Source of the DNA: Gemmatimonadaceae bacterium | GTDB lineage: Bacteria > Gemmatimonadota > Gemmatimonadetes > Gemmatimonadales > Gemmatimonadaceae | Direction: 5' to 3' | DNA length: 45,643 bases | Assembly: GCA_036263215.1 (NCBI GenBank) | Contig: DATAHM010000079.1 | Location: forward strand, 1 to 45,643 | In this document: piece by piece, positions 36,263 to 45,643 of the stretch | Layout of the letters: each line of letters opens with the position of its first letter | How positions within the stretch are numbered: the first letter of the stretch is position 1 | Made by a program: the position numbers and the translations under genes | The notes under the pieces: model-generated | Told to the model about the DNA's origin: nothing | The model's input: the letters and a program-made list of their open reading frames with translations, nothing else | Databases searched by the model: none

Positions 36263-37432
36263 ATGACTCCTACGACCCCGAGCAGACTGAAGCGAGCAGC
36301 TCCAGCGAAGCAAAAGCGACGACCGCGCAAGATCGCGCTGGTGCTGGGCGGCGGGGGTCTCAAGGGCTTCGCGCACATCGGGGTGATCCGGGCGCTCGAG
36401 GAGCTCAAGATCGATCCCACGGTCGTGGCTGGCACGAGCATCGGCGCCCTCATCGCGGCGGCATACGGCAACGGGATGCCAGTGTCAGAGATGGAGGACC
36501 GTGCGCGAAATCTCAAACGCCGCGATCTCTTCCGCCTCAATCGCATGGGCATGCTGCTCGAGCGGACGAAGTCACCGTCGATCTACCTCGAGGATCCGCT
36601 ACGGAAGGTCGTCGAGGGAGTAGTCCAGCAGCCGGATTTCCAGAAACTGAAGAAGCGGGTGCTGGTAAATACGGTCGACATCCAGCGGGGCTCGCAGGTG
36701 GTGTGGGGACTGCACGGACTTCGCGACGTCAGCGTGATCGATGCAGTGTACGCGTCATGCGCTCTGCCCGGTTTCTATCCGCCCGGGTACGTTGGTGGAC
36801 GGCTGTGTGTCGACGGAGGCGTGATCGACAATCTTCCGGCATCGATTGCCGGTCGCGGGATGGATCTGGTGATCGCGGTGGACACGGGATCCAGTGACCT
36901 CGAGCCCGAGAACGACATCGCGACCGCGGGTTTCACTTCGATCTACATGCGCGCGGCGACGACGATGATGCACGCGTTGCAGCTGGTGCCGTTCCAGAAG
37001 TGGACGAAGCCGCCAATGATTCTCATTCGTCCGAAGGTGAGCCACATAGGTTGGTTCAGCTTCAGCGACACCGACGAAGTGCTCAAGGCGGGATACGCGG
37101 CGGCGATCGAGGCGCTGCAGCATTTCGAGGAGTGCTGCGAAGAGGGAGCGGGAGTATTCCCGCGTCAGCCGACTGAAATTGTGGTTGACCCCGAGAAGTG
37201 CATTGGGTGCGAGCTGTGCGTCGCGCTCGCGCCGGATCTAATGGCGATGGACGGGCGTCGGAAGGCCTACCCGATGACACCGATCGTGAACTGGTCGCCG
37301 GCGGACGGGGACTTTGTGCACCACTGTCCGACTTACGCAATCGAAGCGACGCGACTCGAGAGAGGGGAACGGAAAGGAGGCAGGACGACGGTTGATCCTA
37401 CTTCCGAGCCAACTACGAGGAAGACCGGTTAA
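36263..37432 (+). CDS. Patatin-like phospholipase fused to a C-terminal ferredoxin-like Fe-S domain
   Basis: GGGGLKG, GTSIG and DGG catalytic motifs; C-terminal CIGCELC...CP. Confidence 0.88.
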   Translation: MTPTTPSRLKRAAPAKQKRRPRKIALVLGGGGLKGFAHIGVIRALEELKIDPTVVAGTSIGALIAAAYGNGMPVSEMEDRARNLKRRDLFRLNRMGMLLERTKSPSIYLEDPLRKVVEGVVQQPDFQKLKKRVLVNTVDIQRGSQVVWGLHGLRDVSVIDAVYASCALPGFYPPGYVGGRLCVDGGVIDNLPASIAGRGMDLVIAVDTGSSDLEPENDIATAGFTSIYMRAATTMMHALQLVPFQKWTKPPMILIRPKVSHIGWFSFSDTDEVLKAGYAAAIEALQHFEECCEEGAGVFPRQPTEIVVDPEKCIGCELCVALAPDLMAMDGRRKAYPMTPIVNWSPADGDFVHHCPTYAIEATRLERGERKGGRTTVDPTSEPTTRKTG

Positions 37433-37436
37433 AAAC

Positions 37437-37627
37437 AACTGCAACAGAACGGGCGAGAGCTGTCAGTAGCATAGATGTCAGTTAGTCAGTTCACTACGCC
37501 CAGACTTACCTCCGTGGCGTTGTAGCCACTGCCTGTGCCGCGAATGGCGGAGAGGAAAGTCCCGACGTCGTAACCTGACTAACTGGCATCTAACTGACTT
37601 GGAGCTCTCGCCCGTTCAGTTGCAGTT
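37437..37627. repeat. ~191-bp palindromic intergenic repeat element, copy 2
   Basis: Left arm AACTGCAACAGAACGGGCGAGAGCT...GTCAGTTAGTCAGTTCACTACG; right-arm reverse complement AACTGCAACTGAACGGGCGAGAGCT...CCAGTTAGTCAGGTTACGACG. Confidence 0.88.
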
Positions 37628-37755
37628 CGGTTTGAAACCATACGCGCCAAAGTGTATTAGATTGCGAGTAGCCTGTCGGCCCAGGAAAAAGGCCCGGCAG
37701 TGGCTCCGCGCCCCACTGGCCAGCGCATGACGCGGCCAAAGTTCGGAAAAAAAAC

Positions 37756-40551
37756 ATGACACACCCGAATACCTTCGGTAGCCGATCAACGCTGGACGTT
37801 GCGGGTCGGCAGTACACGATCTTTCGGCTGGACTCCCTTTCCTCCCTCGCGAACGGGAATGCTGACAGACTCCCCTTCAGCCTCAAGATCCTCCTCGAAA
37901 ACCTTCTCAGAAACGAAGACGGCAAGTTCGTGAAGGCCGATGACGTCCGCGCCCTCGCGACGTGGGACGTCAAAGGCAAAATCGAGAAAGAGATCGCGTT
38001 CCGCACCGCTCGGGTTCTGCTCCAGGACTTTACCGGAGTGCCCGCGGTGGTCGATCTGGCGGCGATGCGCGATGCGCTCGCGCGATTGGGCGGCGACCCG
38101 CGCTTGATCAATCCGCTCCAGCCGGTCGACCTCGTCATCGACCATTCAGTGCAGGTCGACGAGTACGGATCCGAAGCGGCGCTCTTGATCAACGCTGACT
38201 TCGAGTTCCAACGCAACCAGGAGCGCTACGCGTTTTTGCGCTGGGGACAAAAAGCCCTGCACAACTTCCGGGTTGTCCCGCCCGATACGGGAATCGTCCA
38301 CCAGATCAACCTCGAATATCTGGCGAAGGGCGTTTTTACAGAGGTCGTTGGCAAGCAGACCTTCGCGTATCCCGACTCGCTCGTCGGCACCGATTCCCAC
38401 ACCACCATGATCAACGGACTCGGCGTACTCGGCTGGGGTGTCGGCGGAATCGAAGCGGAGGCGGCCATGCTCGGGCAGCCGGTGTCCATGCTCATTCCAG
38501 AAGTCGTCGGGTTCAAGCTGCACGGCAAACTGCCGCCGGGCGCGACGGCAACCGACCTCGTGCTCACCGTCACCGAGATGCTGCGCAAGAAAAAAGTGGT
38601 CGGGAAGTTCGTCGAGTTTTACGGCGCGGGACTTTCGAGCTTGTCGCTCGCGGATCGGGCAACTATCGGGAACATGGCGCCCGAGTACGGAGCGACCATG
38701 GGCTTTTTCCCGATCGACGCAGAAACCATCAACTACCTGCGGTTCACCGGACGCGACGAAGCGCAGGTGCAGCTCGTGGAAGCCTACTGCAAGGCGCAGG
38801 GACTTTTCCGAACCGACGAGACGGCCGACCCGATCTTCACTGACACCCTGGAGCTCGATCTCCGCAGCGTCGAGCCGAGCATCGCCGGACCGAAGCGCCC
38901 GCAGGACAGGGTGCCCCTGAAGCTGGCAAAGAAGATGTTCAAGGAGGCGCTCAGTGCCGACCTGGAGCGCACCGGAACCGTTGCCGCAGTCGCCGCCGCG
39001 AAGCAGGCTATGCAGGTCGCCGCATCGCCGCAGCTATCGCCATCGGTGGTAGCGACCGATCCAGACGAGCAGGCCGGCGCCCAGTCGAGCGTTCCAGTCG
39101 AAATGAATGGCGAGAAATTCTCGATCCGTCACGGCTCGGTCGTAATCGCAGCCATCACCAGCTGCACGAATACGTCGAATCCAAGCGTCATGCTCGCGGC
39201 TGGATTGCTCGCCAGAAATGCGGTTGCCAAGGGCTTGATGTCCAAGCCGTGGGTGAAGACCAGTCTCGCACCTGGCTCCAAGGTTGTCACCGATTACTTC
39301 CGCGCCGCCAAAGTAATGGACGCTCTCGAGAAGCTGCGCTTCAACGTAGTCGGCTTCGGGTGCACGACGTGTATCGGTAACTCCGGCCCACTTCCGCAGC
39401 CAATCGCCGAAGCGATCGAAGCAAACAAGCTCGTCGTTGCTGCAGTACTGTCGGGAAACCGCAACTTCGAGGGACGCATCAATCCTCTCACCCGATTCAA
39501 CTATCTCGGCTCGCCACCGCTGGTCGTCGCCTATGCGCTCGCCGGCCGGATGGACATCGATTTCAATACCGAGCCGCTTGGTGTGGGCAAGGACGGGCCG
39601 GTGTTCCTGCGCGATGTCTGGCCCGCGCCAAAGGAAGTGGAGGACGAGATCCTGCGCTCGGTGAAGGCCGAGATGTTCAAGGCGCAGTACTCGAACGTGT
39701 TTCACGGAGACGACAACTGGCGCAGTCTGCCGGTACCAGAGGGAGATCTGTACGCCTGGGATCCTGATTCAACCTACGTGAAGAATCCGCCGTTCTTTGA
39801 GGGCATGAAGCTGACGCCCCCGGGAATCCGGAGCATCTCGGCCGCGCGAGCGCTGGCGATGTTCGGCGACTCGATCACGACGGATCACATCTCACCCGCG
39901 GGTTCGATTCCCGCTTCGAGCCCGGCGGGCAAGTGGCTGATCGAGCACGGCGTCAAGACAACCGACTTCAACTCCTACGGCGCGCGTCGAGGCAATCACG
40001 AAGTGATGATGCGTGGCACCTTCGCGAACATCCGCTTGCGCAACGAGCTTGCACCCGGCACCGAAGGTGGCTGGACGACGCGAACGCCGGGAGAAAAAGC
40101 GGTCACCATTTACGATGCGTCGATGGAGTACCAGAAGAATGGAACGCCGCTCGTGATCATCGCCGGCAAGGAGTACGGTACCGGGTCGTCGCGCGACTGG
40201 GCAGCGAAAGGAACTTTACTGCTCGGCGTGCGCGCGGTGATCGCGGAGTCTTTCGAGCGAATTCATCGCTCGAACCTCGTGGGGATGGGAGTGCTGCCGC
40301 TCGAATTCATGAACGGCGAGTCGCGCACGACGCACGGACTTACGGGCTTCGAGACCTACGACATCGAAGGGATGTCGGAAGAGATGAAGCCAAAGACCAT
40401 CGTGACGGTGCGGGCGCGCTCGGCGGACGGCAGTGAGAAGACTTTCCGGGCGGTCGCGCGAATCGATACCCCGGAGGAGATGAGCTACTATCGGCACGGG
40501 GGCATTCTGCCGTACGTGCTTCGGCAGCTCGTTGGAAAAGAACGGGCCTGA
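37756..40551 (+). CDS. acnA: Aconitate hydratase A
   Basis: [47 protein letters not shown] and [10 protein letters not shown] motifs. Confidence 0.97.
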   Translation: MTHPNTFGSRSTLDVAGRQYTIFRLDSLSSLANGNADRLPFSLKILLENLLRNEDGKFVKADDVRALATWDVKGKIEKEIAFRTARVLLQDFTGVPAVVDLAAMRDALARLGGDPRLINPLQPVDLVIDHSVQVDEYGSEAALLINADFEFQRNQERYAFLRWGQKALHNFRVVPPDTGIVHQINLEYLAKGVFTEVVGKQTFAYPDSLVGTDSHTTMINGLGVLGWGVGGIEAEAAMLGQPVSMLIPEVVGFKLHGKLPPGATATDLVLTVTEMLRKKKVVGKFVEFYGAGLSSLSLADRATIGNMAPEYGATMGFFPIDAETINYLRFTGRDEAQVQLVEAYCKAQGLFRTDETADPIFTDTLELDLRSVEPSIAGPKRPQDRVPLKLAKKMFKEALSADLERTGTVAAVAAAKQAMQVAASPQLSPSVVATDPDEQAGAQSSVPVEMNGEKFSIRHGSVVIAAITSCTNTSNPSVMLAAGLLARNAVAKGLMSKPWVKTSLAPGSKVVTDYFRAAKVMDALEKLRFNVVGFGCTTCIGNSGPLPQPIAEAIEANKLVVAAVLSGNRNFEGRINPLTRFNYLGSPPLVVAYALAGRMDIDFNTEPLGVGKDGPVFLRDVWPAPKEVEDEILRSVKAEMFKAQYSNVFHGDDNWRSLPVPEGDLYAWDPDSTYVKNPPFFEGMKLTPPGIRSISAARALAMFGDSITTDHISPAGSIPASSPAGKWLIEHGVKTTDFNSYGARRGNHEVMMRGTFANIRLRNELAPGTEGGWTTRTPGEKAVTIYDASMEYQKNGTPLVIIAGKEYGTGSSRDWAAKGTLLLGVRAVIAESFERIHRSNLVGMGVLPLEFMNGESRTTHGLTGFETYDIEGMSEEMKPKTIVTVRARSADGSEKTFRAVARIDTPEEMSYYRHGGILPYVLRQLVGKERA

Positions 40552-40582
40552 AACCCCCCGCTCGAAGACAAAAGAACAGCGG

Positions 40583-41233
40583 CTAGCTGCCGGGAGGAGT
40601 TTTCGCTTTCTCCTCAGCCGCGGCTTCCGTCGCCGTATTTCCGTCCTTTCGCTTCTTCATCGAGAACCGTGGAATCGAGGCGTGGATCTGCTCCGCGAGA
40701 TCGGCCTCGATTCGTTTCGGATCGAGTGGCTCGAGCATCGCCTTGAGCTCCGGATCGTCGGCGAGCTTTAGTCCCAAGCGCGAATAGAGTCCCGCGACGA
40801 GGTGAAGCGTCTTGGTCACTTCCTCCTCGATGCGCAAATTCACCTGCAGCGTCAGCTCTTCGCGTAACTCACCGATCTTCGATTCTCTGCTCTGGGTCAT
40901 CAGGACGAAGATCGAAAGAAAGATTGCTTCGAGGGATACGATCGTCGTCAGCATCCCGTAGGGATACGGGTCGAAGCGCGGAAGGTGGATGCCCGGAACG
41001 TTCCACAGAATCCACAGCACGAACAAAACGCCGTGGATGATGAGAAACGGCGTCGAGCTCGCCATGCCGATCATGCGATCCGCGAGAATCTCCATGCTCG
41101 ACCGGTTGGACGAGTGCTGGGCCTTGATCGCTCGGAAAGCACGATTGAGACCCGTGCTGCGACGAATTCGCCGCTTTTCGGCGGGTGCGACCGCCTCCGG
41201 AACTACGGTTGGAGTGCTGTCGTTTGACTCCAT
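40583..41233 (-). CDS. DUF1003 domain membrane protein
   Basis: WILWN...FDPYPYGMLTTIVSLEAIFLSIFVLMTQSR. Start trimmed to ATG 41233. Confidence 0.88.
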   Translation of the reverse strand: MESNDSTPTVVPEAVAPAEKRRIRRSTGLNRAFRAIKAQHSSNRSSMEILADRMIGMASSTPFLIIHGVLFVLWILWNVPGIHLPRFDPYPYGMLTTIVSLEAIFLSIFVLMTQSRESKIGELREELTLQVNLRIEEEVTKTLHLVAGLYSRLGLKLADDPELKAMLEPLDPKRIEADLAEQIHASIPRFSMKKRKDGNTATEAAAEEKAKTPPGS

Positions 41234-41314
41234 AACTCTGCCTGAGGGATGGGATAAACTAACGCAATCACTCGGCCACTTCCTGTGCCGAAACAAGGCA
41301 TTAACCTTTCTCTT

Positions 41315-42235
41315 ATGGCCACCAGCAACGCATTCACGGTCGGAATCGTACAAGAGGCGGTTACGGCCGACGTCGGGCGCAACGTCGAGCACGCCGAAGC
41401 GCGTATTCGCGAAGCCGCAGACCGTGGAGCGCAGATCGTCTGCCTTCAGGAGCTTTTTAACGCTCCATACTTCTGCAAATCGCAGAAGCACGATCGATTC
41501 GACCTCGCGGAGCCGATTCCCGGTCCGACTATCGAAAAAATGCGGAAGCTGGCCCGCGAACTCGAGATGGTGATCATCGTGCCCATCTTCGAGCGGCAGG
41601 CGGCCGGCGTTTATCGGAATTCGGCGGCTGTCATCGATGCCGATGGCTCTCTGCTCGGCGCGTATCGAAAGATGCACATCCCGGACGATCCATTGTTCAA
41701 CGAGAAGTTCTACTTCACGCCCGGCGACTCGCACATTGCCGACAACGGGGATCACAAGGGCGAAGGCGGATTCCGGGTCTGGAAGACGCGTTACGCGAAT
41801 GTTGGCGTGTTGATCTGCTGGGATCAGTGGTACCCGGAAGCGGCGCGCATCACCAGCCTGCTCGGCGCCGACATCATCTTCTATCCGACGGCGATAGGGT
41901 GGCATCCATCGGAGAAGGCCGAATACGGTGAAGCGCAGGTGGAGGCTTGGCGAACCGCGCAGCGCGCGCACGCGATCGCCAACGGCGTCTATGTGGCAGC
42001 GCCGAATCGCGTGGGCCATGAGGACGAACCAGGCACCGACGGCATCGAGTTCTTCGGGCACTCGTTCATCTGCGACCCGTTCGGACGAATTCTGGCCGAG
42101 GCGGGCACGGAGCCCGCGGTGCTCGTCGCCAAGTGCGAAGTGTCGCTCATCGAGAGCACGCGTCGGAACTGGCCCTTTCTCCGAGACCGTCGCATCGATG
42201 CCTACGCTCCCATTCTGAATCGGTACATCGGTTGA
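41315..42235 (+). CDS. aguB: N-carbamoylputrescine amidohydrolase (nitrilase superfamily)
   Basis: E-K-C triad (LQELF, YRKMHIP, LICWDQWYPE), EKFYFTPG and YPTAIGW; adjacent to agmatine deiminase. Confidence 0.88.
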   Translation: MATSNAFTVGIVQEAVTADVGRNVEHAEARIREAADRGAQIVCLQELFNAPYFCKSQKHDRFDLAEPIPGPTIEKMRKLARELEMVIIVPIFERQAAGVYRNSAAVIDADGSLLGAYRKMHIPDDPLFNEKFYFTPGDSHIADNGDHKGEGGFRVWKTRYANVGVLICWDQWYPEAARITSLLGADIIFYPTAIGWHPSEKAEYGEAQVEAWRTAQRAHAIANGVYVAAPNRVGHEDEPGTDGIEFFGHSFICDPFGRILAEAGTEPAVLVAKCEVSLIESTRRNWPFLRDRRIDAYAPILNRYIG

Positions 42236-43353
42236 TGGCAAGAGCGCAGAAGAGCGCCGTTCCGAAAAGGGACGGCGCTCTGACTATGGATCTCTCCCTC
42301 GCTCGCCGGATGCCGGCCGAATGGGAAAAGCACGAGGCCACCTGGATCGCCTGGCCGCACCACGAGCCGGATTGGCCCGGCAAGCTCGCGCCAATTCCAT
42401 GGGTGTACGCCGAGATCGTGCGGGTGCTGAGCGAGCACGAGCGGACCGAGATCCTTTGCCACGACGAGACTGTCGCCGCGAGCGCGCGGAAGCTCCTCGC
42501 CGCGCATGCCGTCAGGCCCGAGAGGTACCGGCTTCACATCGTCAGCAACGATCGCGTATGGCTTCGGGACTCCGCGCCGACGGGCGTGCGTCGAGCAGAT
42601 GGCCGGATCGAGTTGATCAACTGGGGTTTCAATGGGTGGGCGAAGTACGACAACTACGAGCGCGATGCGCTGATAGGGGCGGAGCTCGCGCGCCTCACCG
42701 GATTACCGCGAGTCGTGCCAAAGCGCCCCGACAACGGTGAGCGACTGGTGCTCGAGGGCGGAGGCATCGAAGTGAACGGCGCCGGCCTCATGCTCGTCAC
42801 GGAAGAATGGCTGCTGGGCGACGTGCAGGTGCGAAATCCAGGTATGAGGGCTGGCGATTACGAGCAGGCATTCGCTGAATATCTTGGTGTAACCGATGCG
42901 ATCTGGCTCGGCGAGGGGGCGGTCGGCGACGACACCCACGGACACGTCGACGACATCGCTCGTTTCAGCGCCCGCGACACGGTCATCCTGGCTTACGAGC
43001 AGGATCCGTCAGACGCCAACCACGCGCGCTCAGCGGACAATCTGCGACGGCTCCAGCTCGCGGCGCAGAAATATCAGCTACGGGTTATCACAATTCCGTT
43101 CCCCAGACCCGTCATGATGAACGGCGAACGTTTACCCGCGAGCTACGCGAACTTCTATATCGCCAATGGCGCCGTTCTTGTACCCACTTTCAACGATCCA
43201 GCGGATCGAGTGGCGCTCAACGGAATCGCCGAAGCATTTCCGGGTTACACTGTCGTTGGCATTCACGCGGTAGATCTCGTGTGGGGTCTCGGAACACTCC
43301 ACTGCCTGACGCAGCAGCAACCGGCAGGCGCCAAGGGAGAAAGCAAAGAATGA
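42235..43353 (+). CDS. aguA: Agmatine deiminase family protein
   Basis: MPAEWE, WLRD, LEGG, DDTHGHVD, ASYANF and GTLHCLTQQ motifs. TGATG overlap with aguB. Confidence 0.9.
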   Translation: MARAQKSAVPKRDGALTMDLSLARRMPAEWEKHEATWIAWPHHEPDWPGKLAPIPWVYAEIVRVLSEHERTEILCHDETVAASARKLLAAHAVRPERYRLHIVSNDRVWLRDSAPTGVRRADGRIELINWGFNGWAKYDNYERDALIGAELARLTGLPRVVPKRPDNGERLVLEGGGIEVNGAGLMLVTEEWLLGDVQVRNPGMRAGDYEQAFAEYLGVTDAIWLGEGAVGDDTHGHVDDIARFSARDTVILAYEQDPSDANHARSADNLRRLQLAAQKYQLRVITIPFPRPVMMNGERLPASYANFYIANGAVLVPTFNDPADRVALNGIAEAFPGYTVVGIHAVDLVWGLGTLHCLTQQQPAGAKGESKE

Positions 43354-43751
43354 AAATCACTTTGACCGGCGAAGAATCACTCAAAATAGAAGCAATTGGC
43401 GGGATGCTCACGATCGAAGCACCGAAGGCCGACTTTCAATATTCACCGTTTCACATGCTGGGCAGTGCCCTCGGCATGTGCACTTTCTCAGTCGTGCAGA
43501 GCTGGGCAGCAAACAAGAATGTCGCCGCCGACGATCTCAAGATCGATGTGGCCTGGAAGTTCGTGGATGGGCAGCACCGGCTCGAGTCCATGAAGGTGAA
43601 GATGGAGTGGCCATCGCTGTCGGCCGAGCTGTGGCCTCGCGCAATTCGGGCGGCAAATCTGTGCGGCGTACATCAGACCTTCACGCATCCGGTTCAGATT
43701 TCGGTGGACGCTGTCGGAGCGCAGGCGCCAGCGATTGAGGCATCGGCGTGA
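43350..43751 (+). CDS. OsmC/Ohr-like family protein
   Basis: SPFHMLGSALGMCT and a second Cys in LCGVHQTF; ATGA overlap. Confidence 0.8.
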   Translation: MKITLTGEESLKIEAIGGMLTIEAPKADFQYSPFHMLGSALGMCTFSVVQSWAANKNVAADDLKIDVAWKFVDGQHRLESMKVKMEWPSLSAELWPRAIRAANLCGVHQTFTHPVQISVDAVGAQAPAIEASA

Positions 43752-44224
43752 CGGTTCCGGTGGTGAGATTCACCGTTGCCGGCCGTGAGGTGGAGGAGCC
43801 GATAGCGCCCACGATCGGCGAGCCGGGGCGGCATTACACAGTGATCTACGATGGACACTGCAAAGTGTGTGGCAAGCTCGTGAAGATGCTGACCAAATGG
43901 GATCGGAACCACGAGCTGGAGATCATCCCGTCGCAAGCGCCCGGAATTCGCCAGCGCTTCCCGTGGATCCCTCCGAGGGCATACGTCGAATCGGTGCAGG
44001 TCGTGCGCACTCGCGATGGAAAGACATGGCAGGGGGCCGCGGCGTTCGAGCAGCTGCTCAACGTGCTGCCGAAGGGTCGCCTGATCTCGTGGCTGTTCAA
44101 GATCCCTTTCGTGCGTCCAATCGCCGAGAAATTCTACAGATGGTTCGCGCGCAATCGCTACAAGTTTGGCTGCGGGGAGCACTGCCAGCTGAGGCCGCAG
44201 GACCTCGACTTCGGCGACGCATGA
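43748..44224 (+). CDS. DCC1-like thiol-disulfide oxidoreductase (DUF393)
   Basis: VIYDGHCKVC and YRWFARNRY motifs. Confidence 0.88.
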   Translation: MTVPVVRFTVAGREVEEPIAPTIGEPGRHYTVIYDGHCKVCGKLVKMLTKWDRNHELEIIPSQAPGIRQRFPWIPPRAYVESVQVVRTRDGKTWQGAAAFEQLLNVLPKGRLISWLFKIPFVRPIAEKFYRWFARNRYKFGCGEHCQLRPQDLDFGDA

Positions 44225-44256
44225 TCGATTGCGCGTGAGCCGCGGCGCCAGTCGCA

Positions 44257-44958
44257 GTGGCATCGTCACGCAATAAGCTGAGCGCGGGCGACAAGGCTCG
44301 CCTCATTGCGCCGTTCGTCATCTACGCCGGCGTCGCGCTCGTGATCTGGAAGCTGGGCTACTTTCACGCCGAAAAAGTTTCGGCCGCCGCTGAGAGCGCC
44401 AGCAGCGGGTTCTCGGTCGCCGCGATCTTCGTAGTTCTCTACGCGGCACTCAGCGCAGTTGCCCTGCCCATCAGTCCGCTCGCTTACGCAGCGGGAGCCG
44501 TATTCGGGTTCTGGCGCGCATCTATTCTGGTGTGGGTGGGCTCCATATTAGGCGCCGCCGCTGGTTACTACTTAGCGAGTGGTGTGCTCGCCAAACCGGC
44601 GCGCCGATTATTGGGGAATTACAACGCGAAGCTGCGCGAAATCAAACGGGGAAACGTGTTTCTGACGGCACTGCGGCTCCAGCTGATGCCCATCATTCCG
44701 TTCGGTGCGTTCAATTACGCCGCTGCGATCAGCAAGCTCGATGTGCTCAGGTTTCTGGCGGGAACCGCGGTCGGCATCATTCCGGGAACGTTGCTGGCAA
44801 CATTTGTCGGGGCGCAGTTCGCGGCCGGCATCCATGGAAAGAGCAAGACTCCCTACATTCTTGCGGGTGGCGCGGCGCTCGTGCTATTGGCGCTGACCTT
44901 CACCCCCAAATTGTGGGAGAAATTCCATCAGAAGCGGAGCCAGGACTCGATAGCGTGA
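44257..44958 (+). CDS. TVP38/TMEM64 (DedA/VTT) family membrane protein
   Basis: AAGAVFGFW, PIIPFGAFNYAA and GIIPGT motifs. Confidence 0.88.
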   Translation: MASSRNKLSAGDKARLIAPFVIYAGVALVIWKLGYFHAEKVSAAAESASSGFSVAAIFVVLYAALSAVALPISPLAYAAGAVFGFWRASILVWVGSILGAAAGYYLASGVLAKPARRLLGNYNAKLREIKRGNVFLTALRLQLMPIIPFGAFNYAAAISKLDVLRFLAGTAVGIIPGTLLATFVGAQFAAGIHGKSKTPYILAGGAALVLLALTFTPKLWEKFHQKRSQDSIA

Positions 44959-44971
44959 AGGACGTCCGCAA

Positions 44972-45643
44972 TCAATTGAAGCGGGTGGTCTTCCAAAGCG
45001 CGCTGCTGGCCGCGGCTACAATCCCTACGCTCGCGATGACGAGCGCGAGCGCCCAGCGCCAGTCGAGCGATATCTGCGGCGCCCGGGCAATCAGAGCGAA
45101 GCCCACGATTACCGCCGTAGCGACGATGACTACTGCAGCATCTACCCACGTTCTTCGGCGGGGGCTCGAACCCGCATCTTCACCGGCAATACGCGAGCGG
45201 GTGTACTCGGGATCGACACCATAGCGCTCTCCTTCGCGCGCGGCCGCGTCCTGCCAATGCAGGTGCTCTTTGCGGCTTACCGAGGATAGCGCAATCACCC
45301 CCGCTCCGATCGCCATCACAATCGACCCAGTGATCACCTGCGCCAATACCGCGTGCGGCGCTCCGCGTAATTCTCCGAAGACCAGAATTCCCCAGAGGAG
45401 TCCCCACAGCTGATTGGTGTTGGATAGCGGAATTCCGCGAGTGATGCCGGCGTACTTCACGGCGTACTGCTGGAACAGATCTCCAACGACCCAAACGAAT
45501 CCACCCGCCAGTAGCCAGAAGAGCACGTGGCGCGCGCCGGAGAGCTGTTGGATGAGTGGCGTGAGCCCGCCAGAATAAGTCAGCGCAAGCGCCGTCATCA
45601 TCGCGAGCTCGCCGACGGTGAAGAAAGTGATAAAAGAGAGCGG
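44972..45643 (-). CDS. GRP-family (glucose/ribose porter, DMT superfamily) sugar transporter, 3' part; start lies outside the window
   Basis: YAVKYAGITRGIPLSNTNQLWGLLWGILVFGEL; multiple TM segments; the frame is open to the window edge. Confidence 0.7.
   Translation of the reverse strand, partial: PLSFITFFTVGELAMMTALALTYSGGLTPLIQQLSGARHVLFWLLAGGFVWVVGDLFQQYAVKYAGITRGIPLSNTNQLWGLLWGILVFGELRGAPHAVLAQVITGSIVMAIGAGVIALSSVSRKEHLHWQDAAAREGERYGVDPEYTRSRIAGEDAGSSPRRRTWVDAAVVIVATAVIVGFALIARAPQISLDWRWALALVIASVGIVAAASSALWKTTRFN

Noticed and set aside
38960-39100. Ala/Gln/Pro-rich insertion in AcnA
   Set aside because: It falls in a region that is variable in length among AcnA proteins and has no intein-like ends.
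40583-42241. 552-aa ORF as a DUF1003 fusion
   Set aside because: The N-terminal ~336 aa are the antisense shadow of aguB and the intergenic region; the real gene starts at ATG 41233.
1-45643. tRNA, rRNA, transposase, integrase or defence genes
   Set aside because: None recognised; intergenic gaps are short and explained by promoters, terminators or the repeat family.

Overview
GC-rich bacterial chromosomal window, probably from a Gemmatimonadota-like diderm (an inference from gene content and protein style, not verified). From left to right: (1) a minus-strand block running ccmA-ccmB-[repeat]-ccmC-ccmD-ahbAB-cobA/hemD-hemC-hemB, then an aldo/keto reductase and a partial ppa; (2) acs; (3) a six-gene secreted-protein operon at 10815-16553 that looks like a divergent chaperone-usher-type pilus system, with three paralogous pilin-like subunits, a PapD-like chaperone, a large usher-like protein and a lipoprotein; (4) an ECF sigma factor, a CBM48-bearing anti-sigma, a CBM48-bearing outer-membrane protein, a secreted helical protein and a DUF4382 lipoprotein, with three copies of a TGTGAC-N18-AGTC promoter motif; (5) VKOR/DsbA, a probable pseudo-hydrolase, pgsA-like and hypothetical genes; (6) TPR-TPR-ABC-ABC followed by an M16 peptidase; (7) M28 peptidase, kynureninase-like enzyme, a patatin-ferredoxin fusion and acnA; (8) DUF1003, aguB-aguA-OsmC-DCC-DedA and a partial sugar transporter. 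A family of ~190-bp palindromic intergenic repeats occurs at three sites. I saw no rRNA, tRNA, CRISPR array, transposase or integrase. All family calls come from motif recognition by eye; no database search was run.
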